Assembly (NCBI GenBank): GCA_965223795.1
Contig: CBDCXL010000002.1
Span: forward strand, 1,152,001 to 1,216,000
Origin: Nitrospinales bacterium
Lineage (GTDB): Bacteria; Nitrospinota; Nitrospinia; Nitrospinales; VA-1
Direction: 5' to 3'
DNA length: 64,000 bases
The notes beneath the pieces are model-generated. The model worked only from the letters and a program-made list of their open reading frames with translations, searched no databases and was not told where the DNA came from. Positions 40,572-48,057 of this stretch are shown here, in pieces. Each line of letters begins with the position of its first letter. Within the stretch, counting starts at the first letter, position 1. Made by a program: the position numbers and the translations under genes.

Positions 40572-41861
40572 ATTCCAGGACGCTTTCGAGATCACGGCGG
40601 CTGGCTTGCGGTCTGCGCTTTTTACCTGACCGCGGCCGTCGCTCACCCGGTTGCCCCGGCCTCCGCAATGGGCGTCGAGGAGTTGGACCGGCTCGTTTCC
40701 CTGCACACGCCGAAGCCCGCGCCGGGCGAAGCCGCCGCGCTCAAGGCGGTGGAGAAAACTTTCGACCTGGGCGGGTTCGCCCAGGGAGTGCGGTTTCTCA
40801 TCCCCGGCTTTGCGCAATTCGGCTGCGGCGAATGCCATGAGGCGGACGCGCTGCTGGCGCAAAGCGCTGAGCGGATGCGCGGGGTGCTGAAGGATCTGAA
40901 CGCCGCCTTTCCCGAAATCACCGAAGTTCCTCTCAAGCAATACATCATCCAGTCGTGGACGGACGAGCTGTTGCACCCGCGCCAGTTCGCGCACACGACG
41001 TTCGATGCGATCCGCATCTTTCCGCGCACGGTGCTCATCGACGGCACGGTGTACGGCAACGCCACGCAGCTGCACGAAACGCTGCACCTCACGCAGCCTT
41101 TCATCGGCCATCCCAACGAGCTGGAAGCGTACGGCCTCAATATCCGCTCGGACCCGCGCTTCCTGATCCTCAACTATCCTTATTTTGCGGACGTGGTGAC
41201 GGCGTTTTTCCTGCCGGACTTTCACGCAATGCTGAAGGAATTCTACGCCCGGCCGGTGCGCGAGTCGCTCGCGGTTTCGCGCGAGGTGCAGTGGTTCCTG
41301 CTGCCGTTTGAAAAGACACAGCTCGATGCGCTGGCAAAGGCCGTGGAGGGGATGCTGCCCGTGCTTAAGGCCACGAGCGACCTGCTGAGGAAGGATCCGG
41401 TGACGGCGAGCTACTTGAGCGAGCAGACGGGCAACCCGGCGCTGCTTCTGGAGATCGCCGCCGCCAAGCTGCTGCCGCTGCCGCCTGTGGACATGACCGA
41501 AGCGCTGCGCGAGACGGCCTGGACGCTGTTCGACACGCAGCTGCGCAAAACCGACAACACGCAGCTGGGATACAAAATCGACCGCAAAAAGGAAGCGCTG
41601 CTGACGCTGAAGTTTCAGCACGGCGTCACCGGCCCGGAGGGGCTGCATCTGTATTTTCACTACCTGAAGGACCGGTTCGTGAAACCGGGAGGGCAGGTGG
41701 ATCTGGTGGTGGAGGATGCGGCGGACCTTCGGGCGTTCACGCAGTCGCAGCTTAAAAAGATCCGCACGCTCGGCCGCTCACCGCGGCTGACACCAGAGGA
41801 ACGGCGGGCGGCGGAGTCTCTGCTTAAAACCATCGCCGACGATCTCGCCCAGTCCCCCTAA
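40572..41861 (+). CDS. Hypothetical exported protein with CxxCH and HExxH motifs (probable ATT start; first ATG at 40668)
   Basis: CGECH; LHETLH...NELEAY; in-frame signal-like segment upstream of ATG; GAGGTG RBS at 40561. Confidence 0.65.
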   Translation: MPGRFRDHGGWLAVCAFYLTAAVAHPVAPASAMGVEELDRLVSLHTPKPAPGEAAALKAVEKTFDLGGFAQGVRFLIPGFAQFGCGECHEADALLAQSAERMRGVLKDLNAAFPEITEVPLKQYIIQSWTDELLHPRQFAHTTFDAIRIFPRTVLIDGTVYGNATQLHETLHLTQPFIGHPNELEAYGLNIRSDPRFLILNYPYFADVVTAFFLPDFHAMLKEFYARPVRESLAVSREVQWFLLPFEKTQLDALAKAVEGMLPVLKATSDLLRKDPVTASYLSEQTGNPALLLEIAAAKLLPLPPVDMTEALRETAWTLFDTQLRKTDNTQLGYKIDRKKEALLTLKFQHGVTGPEGLHLYFHYLKDRFVKPGGQVDLVVEDAADLRAFTQSQLKKIRTLGRSPRLTPEERRAAESLLKTIADDLAQSP

Positions 41862-41893
41862 AACGCGGGACGCTCCGAGCCGTTCTGCTGGTT

Positions 41894-42427
41894 TTACAGC
41901 TTGCTCGCCGGGGTCACCATCGCGGGACCTTTGACGTGGTCCTGCAGGGTTTCGTTCTGCACTTTGTCCTGCAGCTTGATCAGCGCGTCGATGACCATTT
42001 CGGGACGCGGCGGACAGCCGGGGATGTACACGTCCACGGGGATGATGGTGTCGATGCCCATGACGGTGGCGTAGTTGTCGTAAAACCCGCCGGAGACGGT
42101 GCACACGCCGTAGGCGACCACCCATTTGGGCTCGGTCATCTGGTTGTAGACTTTGACCAGGATCGGCGCCTGTTTGTGGCTGATGGTTCCCACGACCATG
42201 AGCAGGTCGGCCTGGCGCGGGGAAAACCGCGGAAAGGCGGCGCCCAGCCGGTCGAGATCGTATCGGGGTCCGGCGACGGACATGAACTCCATCCCGCAGC
42301 AGGCGGTGATGAAGGGATAAATGAAGAAGGAATATTTTCGCGCCCAGTTGATCGCCTGCGTCATCTGTGTGACGATCACGTTGTTGCCCAGGCTCAACTC
42401 GGCTTCGGACTGGTACAGGTTGGCCAT
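41894..42427 (-). CDS. nuoB: NADH-quinone oxidoreductase subunit B (stand-alone copy)
   Basis: INWAR, TACCGMEF, RFSPRQADL, GVCTVSGG, VDVYIPGCPPRPE; AGGAG RBS. Confidence 0.93.
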   Translation of the reverse strand: MANLYQSEAELSLGNNVIVTQMTQAINWARKYSFFIYPFITACCGMEFMSVAGPRYDLDRLGAAFPRFSPRQADLLMVVGTISHKQAPILVKVYNQMTEPKWVVAYGVCTVSGGFYDNYATVMGIDTIIPVDVYIPGCPPRPEMVIDALIKLQDKVQNETLQDHVKGPAMVTPASKL

Positions 42428-42809
42428 TGCGTGCACTCCTTTTGTTTGCGTGAATCTCTTGCGGCCGTTGGTCCCTTCATAATAAAAGATTTCGTTTGAA
42501 TTTCCAATCAATTCCCGTCTAGCGCGCTGTCCGGCGAAGACCGGCGGCGAACCGGACGGTCTGCGTGCCGCCGCAGCGGCTGCCTGTCCGCCTTGCCGAA
42601 GTCTCTGGCGGCGCTGATTACGGCTCATGATTTCAAGGACTTTTCCGGCTCTCACGCGGGCTTAAAATTTTCCTGGATCGGTTTTGGGAAATGCTATAAT
42701 TGCCTCACAATCGAACACGGGGGCCGCCTTCCTCCTGCCTTCCCGGCGGGGTTCGGCCCCTGAAACGCATTCCGGATCTGCGGTCCGGGTGCCCTCAAGA
42801 GGCGGATGT

Positions 42810-43358
42810 ATGGATTATTCGGGAAACAAGGAAGCGCGCGGGCAGAACCGGGCCTCGGAAGAGACCGAGATGGTGGTGCGCGACAATCTCAGCAAGGACG
42901 GCAAGACGCTGGATCTGACCGCGGCGTATCTCAAGGAATACGGCGCGAAAGACATCGCTTCGTTTGAATTTTTACGCGATCTCAACACGCTGGAGATGGG
43001 GACCAATCTCATCGGCCCCAAGGGCGCGAAGTACCTGGCCAAAAGCACGGTGCTCACGAACCTCAAGACGCTCAACCTGTTCTACAACGAGATCGGCAAT
43101 GACGGCGTGAAGTACATCGCGGTGTCGGACAATCTGCAGAGCCTGCAGAATCTGGTGCTCTCGGACAACAACATCACCGACGAGGGCGCGCTGATGCTGG
43201 CCAAGTTTCTGCCGCTGTTTCCCAACCTGCTCCGTCTCGACATGCGCCTCAACAAGCTCAAGGACGAGGGCAAGCAGGCGCTCGAGGACGCGAAGAAACT
43301 CTCCAAGGTCAAGCACCTGCTGCTGGACAAGGTAGAGGGCTTCCAGGTCAAGGCCTGA
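42810..43358 (+). CDS. Leucine-rich repeat protein (RI-like/GALA-type)
   Basis: LxxLxLxxNxIGxxG repeats (LNTLEMGTNLIGPKGA, LKTLNLFYNEIGNDGV, LQNLVLSDNNITDEGA). Confidence 0.88.
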   Translation: MDYSGNKEARGQNRASEETEMVVRDNLSKDGKTLDLTAAYLKEYGAKDIASFEFLRDLNTLEMGTNLIGPKGAKYLAKSTVLTNLKTLNLFYNEIGNDGVKYIAVSDNLQSLQNLVLSDNNITDEGALMLAKFLPLFPNLLRLDMRLNKLKDEGKQALEDAKKLSKVKHLLLDKVEGFQVKA

Positions 43359-43555
43359 CTCCTGCGCGGAGGGCGTGTTTGCTCACGCCGCGCCGGGATT
43401 CCCGGTTTTACCGCCGCCGTTTCAGGAAGAATCGTTCTCTTCCGCAGAGGGCGTGTTTGCTCACGACGCGCCGGGATTTTCTGTTACCACTCGCACCATC
43501 TTCTGATAGCCGTTCTCCTGCGCGCTCCTCGCCAGAGGCGCGTTTGCTCACGACG
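43359..43555 (+). repeat. Hairpin mini-array A (3 units)
   Basis: Cores at 43359, 43437, 43525; GCTCACG at 43381, 43459, 43546. Confidence 0.88.
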
Positions 43556-43621
43556 GAACCGACGTTCCGGTTTCCGCTCGACTTTTTTCGCTAAAGCCTC
43601 TCTCCTCTCCGCACTTTCCCT

Positions 43622-44461
43622 TCACACATTTTTTACAGGAACCTGTGCGTCGTCAAGCAGGGGACGCACGTCCGCGAAGTCGATGCCGGTGAGCTCGATG
43701 GACCGGCGCACGCCGGGGTTTTTGTAGACGATGTTCCAGAGCTGGTTGCCGACCTCTTCGATGTTCTGCATCACCAGCGGCAGCCCGTCCTCGCGCAGCA
43801 GGCGCAGCACGTCCAGGCCGACCGGTCGCCAGGTCCGCTCGGTTTCCACACAGCGCTTGTAGAAGCTAAGTTCCGCTTCCACGCGGTCGAGGTGTTGGCG
43901 CAGGGGATGCGCCTCTGTGGCGCCGGGGAACAGCGCCTCAAAGCGTTTCTCTTTGGTTCTGGCTTTGAAGGCGGTGAACAGGTACCCGGTGCGCCTGCCG
44001 TTGCAGGCGCGCAGCGCCGCCACCAGCGCTTCGGCCTCCTTCAGCCGCTCGGCGTCGATGGCCTGCATCAGCAGCGGGGTTGGCAGCTCTTTTTTGCGGC
44101 GTTCGCGGATTTCGTGCAGGCTGCGGTACAACTCCCGCAGCACTGCGTTCAGGTTGGCGATGGTGACCGGGTCGCCGGGACTGCGCAGTTCTTTGAGGGA
44201 ATCGATTTTCACGTCGAGGTTGCGATCGGTGGTCTCGACGTGGTTGATGGCGGGGATGTCCAGCAGCTGCTCGAAGGCCGCGGGGCTCACGGCCAGGTCG
44301 AGGCCGTGGTTCTCTTTGAGCCAGCGCAGGCTTTTGCGGCATTTCACGATGTCGCGCAGCACTTCGACGACGAGCTCCAGCGGCTCGCCGGTGGCTTCGC
44401 AGGCGTCTCCCTTGGCGGGATCGCCGAGCAGTTTTATCAGGATGCGTTTCGGGTCACGCAT
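43622..44461 (-). CDS. Hypothetical protein
   Basis: 279-aa ORF, GGAGCGGG upstream, typical codon bias; no motif recognised. Confidence 0.7.
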   Translation of the reverse strand: MRDPKRILIKLLGDPAKGDACEATGEPLELVVEVLRDIVKCRKSLRWLKENHGLDLAVSPAAFEQLLDIPAINHVETTDRNLDVKIDSLKELRSPGDPVTIANLNAVLRELYRSLHEIRERRKKELPTPLLMQAIDAERLKEAEALVAALRACNGRRTGYLFTAFKARTKEKRFEALFPGATEAHPLRQHLDRVEAELSFYKRCVETERTWRPVGLDVLRLLREDGLPLVMQNIEEVGNQLWNIVYKNPGVRRSIELTGIDFADVRPLLDDAQVPVKNV

Positions 44462-44532
44462 GCCCGCTCCGAGCGGTTCGCCCCGCTTTTGGCGGGTGCG
44501 GCGGGACGCCCCGTCGGACGCGGGGTTCCCGG

Positions 44533-44560
44533 TTGATTTTTATGCCAATCCTGCTACCAT
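44533..44560 (+). promoter_or_regulatory. Putative sigma70 promoter of tRNA-Leu
   Basis: TTGATT-N16-TACCAT about 60 bp upstream of the tRNA. Confidence 0.4.
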
Positions 44561-44620
44561 TCGCACCAGTTTCGAGCGATCCTGTCATTGTACGCAATGT
44601 TTCCGCGGGAACACAAGCCG

Positions 44621-44703
44621 GCCGGAGTGGTGGAATGGCATACACAAAGGACTTAAAATCCTTCCCCCGAAAGGGGTTGTGGGTTCGAATCCCACCTCCG
44701 GCA
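44621..44703 (+). tRNA. tRNA-Leu(TAA), CCA not encoded
   Basis: Acceptor GCCGGAG/CTCCGGC, D-loop TGGAATGGCA, anticodon arm AAGGA-CTTAAAA-TCCTT, long variable arm CCCCGAAAGGGG, T-arm GTGGGTTCGAATCCCAC. Confidence 0.95.
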
Positions 44704-44967
44704 CTCCTGCGCGGAGGGCGTAACTGCTCACGCCGGACAAAGCTCGTTCGGCCTGGTTCGAACTTTTTCCGAATTACGGGACCACTACCCGTGGAGGGAG
44801 ATTGCTCACGACGGACGAGACCCGTTCGGATTGGTTCGAACTTTTCCCGAATTACGGCACTCCTCGCCGTGGAGGCGATTGGCTCACGCCGTACAAAGTT
44901 TCCCGGGTTGGACGCAAACGTTTTCGGTTGAACGGACATTCCCCGCCGTGGAAGCGGCTTGCTGTCC
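44704..44967 (+). repeat. Hairpin mini-array B (4 units, 78-79 bp period) abutting tRNA-Leu
   Basis: GCTCACG at 44726, 44804, 44882; decayed fourth at 44961; spacers 1 and 2 share GGTTCGAACTTTT.CCGAATTACGG. Confidence 0.88.
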
Positions 44968-45144
44968 ACATACTTTCGTTGAGCGTTTTGCGTGCGCGCG
45001 GATTTGAAACGCGCTTCCCCACGGCGATAATCCGTTTCCCGGTTCCCCCATCCCCGCTTTCCTGCTATATCTTGTTCTTTCTCTAAAAATAACAGACCGT
45101 CCTCCGGGAAGGTTTTGACAAATTATTTGAATGAAGGCGAGACG

Positions 45145-45675
45145 ATGACGGAACGTTTTAAGTTGAAGGTGAGCGATGTGACGGTGTTCACCAATCTGGA
45201 AGTGAAACTGAAATCGCGGACCACCAAGGAGGAAGCGAACAAGGAGGTGGAGCGGATTCTGGACGCGGAGAACGTGTTTGACGGTTACGACTGGAAAATC
45301 GAGGAGTGTGAGAACGGCGGCATCAAGGACTTGAACGCGGATCTGCAGGAGGCGATCAAGGCGCGTCTGGGTGAGGAGGAACCGGGGGACAGCATCTTCT
45401 GGGACGGCATGAAGGTGCAGTTCGATCTCAACGTGGCGCACGTTCCGGTGCTCACCGATCTGGAGGTGACGCTCAAGGCGCAGACGAAGGAAGCTGCGGT
45501 GCAGGAAGCCGCGGCCCTGCGCGATGCGGACGATCCGTTCGCGGGCTACTCATGGAAGATTGCCGGCTGCGCGGAAGACGGCATCAACGCGCTCGATGCG
45601 GATCTCAAACAACGCATCCAGGATCGTTTGAAAGCGATGGGTTCGATCGAAGAGGGCATTGTATCCGTTTCGTGA
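45145..45675 (+). CDS. Hypothetical acidic protein with two tandem homologous domains
   Basis: Duplicated F.GY.WKI..C...GI..L.ADL...I..RL. Confidence 0.75.
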   Translation: MTERFKLKVSDVTVFTNLEVKLKSRTTKEEANKEVERILDAENVFDGYDWKIEECENGGIKDLNADLQEAIKARLGEEEPGDSIFWDGMKVQFDLNVAHVPVLTDLEVTLKAQTKEAAVQEAAALRDADDPFAGYSWKIAGCAEDGINALDADLKQRIQDRLKAMGSIEEGIVSVS

Positions 45676-45723
45676 TCAGCAACGTCCCGCGGGGCAGCTC
45701 TCGCGGGCAGGACAGGCAGACGT

Positions 45724-45861
45724 ATGGATGTGGATCGTAAAAAGCCGGCCCGGCGCAAGCGCGAGGAAAACCGGGTGTTCACGGTGTTTGTGCACGTGGG
45801 CTATTCGATTCTCATCCTATCCATGCTGGGCTGGATGATCTACATGGAATTTTTCATGTGA
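45724..45861 (+). CDS. Small membrane protein (45 aa; not in ORF track)
   Basis: MDVDRKKPARRKREENRVFTVFVHVGYSILILSMLGWMIYMEFFM: basic N-terminus plus one TM. Confidence 0.55.
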   Translation: MDVDRKKPARRKREENRVFTVFVHVGYSILILSMLGWMIYMEFFM

Positions 45862-45871
45862 CGGAGCGCCG

Positions 45872-46453
45872 TCACTCGATCACGACGTAACGGGAATCGG
45901 CATCGACGTTGCCGCCCCATTCGCGCGCTTCGCGTACAAGCGGCTCGCGGTTGAAATGCGTCCGCCGCTCGCACAGTTCTTGCGCAAAGTTCATGCAGCG
46001 GACCTCGCCTTCCAGGTCCAGCTCCCAGACGATGTCGCTGTCCGCATGCTTTGCGGTGGCGGCAAAGGTTTCCGCGTATCCGGAGATCAGCGTCACGTGA
46101 GCGCTGCCCATGTCGGCGCTCCACTCCGGCGGCTGCAAGGTAAACCCGTACGGCGGTTGCGTGATCGCATCGATCCGGCATTCCGCGCCTCCCCCTTCGC
46201 GCTGCCAGAACAGGCGGCAGTTGTTGCGCAGTTCCCACAATTGGCCGCGCGCCATGTTCTCCTGCCAGGGTTCGCTCCAGCGCGGCTGAGTTCCTGAAAC
46301 CGGTGAGTCTTTCGATCCCGCCGGGACGAACGCGAATCCCGGCCCTTTGGCCTGGGGTTTTGCGTTGAAATGAGAGTGGGCGAGCCCGGCGCCACCGGCA
46401 ATCAGGACGAATGCGGCGGTCCACAGCACCTGTTTTGTGAAAGTGGATTTCAT
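45872..46453 (-). CDS. Hypothetical membrane-anchored or exported protein with Cys pairs
   Basis: N-terminal hydrophobic segment; 4 Cys; preceded by a sigma54 motif. Confidence 0.65.
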   Translation of the reverse strand: MKSTFTKQVLWTAAFVLIAGGAGLAHSHFNAKPQAKGPGFAFVPAGSKDSPVSGTQPRWSEPWQENMARGQLWELRNNCRLFWQREGGGAECRIDAITQPPYGFTLQPPEWSADMGSAHVTLISGYAETFAATAKHADSDIVWELDLEGEVRCMNFAQELCERRTHFNREPLVREAREWGGNVDADSRYVVIE

Positions 46454-46489
46454 GGCTTTGTTCCATTTCAAAAGGATCACGTTTTAAAA

Positions 46490-46506
46490 AGCAAAGCCGG
46501 TGCCAA
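46490..46506 (-). promoter_or_regulatory. Sigma54 (-24/-12) promoter
   Basis: Minus strand TTGGCACCGGCTTTGCT = TGGCAC-N5-TTGC with GG-N10-GC spacing, about 37 bp before ATG 46453. Confidence 0.7.
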
Positions 46507-46635
46507 ATTATTTTCCTTTGAAAAACCGCGTGTTTTTGATTTAAGAAATCCGGAATGACGGAATCGCGTCCGAATTTTCAGACACCGGCAAGGCGGGGCG
46601 GCCCGCCAACCCAAAAACGACTCTCTACACTCATC

Positions 46636-48051
46636 ATGCAATACCAACGCGCGCTCTGCTGGATACGCAGGGATCTCAGGCTTTCCGACCACGCCGCGCT
46701 CGCCGCTGCGACGCGTTCGTCGGAGCGGGTGTTCGTGGTGTTCGTGTTCGACACGACCCTCCTGAATCCGCTTGAGGATCGCGACGACCGCAGATTGAGC
46801 TTCATCGCGCAATCGCTGGAAGCAATGCAGAGAGCATTGCGCGACCGGGGATCGGATCTGATCGTGCGGCACGGCGACCCGGCCGATGCGATCCCGGAGC
46901 TGGTGCACGCGCTCGATGCGGATGCGCTTTTTTTCAACCGCGACTACGAACCGCGGGCCCGGCAACGGGATGAAAAGGTACAACACGCGGTGCAGGCACA
47001 GGGCAGGGCCTGTCATGACTTTAAAGACCACGTGGTGTTCGAGTTTCCGGAGATCGTCACGCAGCAGAAGCAGCCGTACCGGGTGTTCACGCCCTACAAG
47101 CGCGCCTGGCTGGCGGCGCTGGAACCGGCGCATACCATCGAACTGCGGCCGGACCTGAAACGGCTGGCGTCCCGGCAGCAGGCGGCACCGCATGCGTGGG
47201 ACTGGGATCTCGAAAAAATCGGTTTTCAACCCAACGCGCTGTGGCTGAAAGCGGGGGAGCCCGCGGCGCGCGCGCGGCTCGACCGGTTTTTAAAACATAT
47301 CGACCGCTATCACGAACAGCGCGATTTCCCCGCGCAGCCTGTCGGCACGTCGGGGCTTTCGGTGCACCTTAGGTTCGGCACGGTGTCGATCCGCAGGCTG
47401 GTGCGGGCCGCGCGCAAGCGCGACGGCGAAGGCGCGCGGGTGTGGCTGAGCGAGTTGATCTGGCGTGATTTTTACCAGACGATCCTCGACCGCTTTCCGC
47501 ACGTGGTGGGAAGCTGCTTCCACCCGCAATTCGACCGAGTGCGCTGGCGCGGAAAACCGGAGCATTTCGATCTCTGGTGCGTGGGGAAGACGGGCTACCC
47601 GCTGGTCGATGCGGCGATGCGCCTATTCAGGCAAACGGGCTGGATGCACAACCGCCTGCGCATGGTGGTGGCGAGCTTTCTCACCAAGGACCTGCTGATC
47701 GACTGGAAAAAAGGAGAAGCGTGGTTCGCGCGGCATCTTCTGGATTTCGATCTCGCGGCGAACAACGGCGGCTGGCAGTGGTGCGCTTCCACCGGCTGCG
47801 ACGCGCAGCCCTGGTTCCGCATTTTCAATCCGGTGAATCAGTCGAAGAAATTCGATCCGCAGGGTGCGTTCATCCGCAAACACGTACCGGAGCTTGCGGG
47901 ATTCCCGGACAAGCGCATCCATTTTCCCGCGGCGGCGAGCGACAGGGAGCAGAAGCAGGCGGGCTGCCTCATCGGTGTGGATTACCCCGCGCCCATCGTC
48001 GACCACGCGGTGCAGCGGCAAACGGCGCTGGAGATGTTCAAGGCGGTTTGA
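46636..48051 (+). CDS. phrB: Deoxyribodipyrimidine photolyase (class I CPD-type)
   Basis: WIRRDLRLSDHAAL, VFTPY, TSGLSVHLRFG, ELIWRDFY, GWMHNRLRM, NNGGWQW, RIFNP. Confidence 0.95.
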   Translation: MQYQRALCWIRRDLRLSDHAALAAATRSSERVFVVFVFDTTLLNPLEDRDDRRLSFIAQSLEAMQRALRDRGSDLIVRHGDPADAIPELVHALDADALFFNRDYEPRARQRDEKVQHAVQAQGRACHDFKDHVVFEFPEIVTQQKQPYRVFTPYKRAWLAALEPAHTIELRPDLKRLASRQQAAPHAWDWDLEKIGFQPNALWLKAGEPAARARLDRFLKHIDRYHEQRDFPAQPVGTSGLSVHLRFGTVSIRRLVRAARKRDGEGARVWLSELIWRDFYQTILDRFPHVVGSCFHPQFDRVRWRGKPEHFDLWCVGKTGYPLVDAAMRLFRQTGWMHNRLRMVVASFLTKDLLIDWKKGEAWFARHLLDFDLAANNGGWQWCASTGCDAQPWFRIFNPVNQSKKFDPQGAFIRKHVPELAGFPDKRIHFPAAASDREQKQAGCLIGVDYPAPIVDHAVQRQTALEMFKAV

Positions 48052-48057
48052 GCTGCG

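Noticed and set aside
44454..44969. 171-aa minus-strand ORF with 26-aa RRE(Q/P) repeats
   Set aside because: It runs antisense through tRNA-Leu. The periodicity reflects the 78-bp DNA unit, and sister arrays have 79/86/89-bp periods that break frame.
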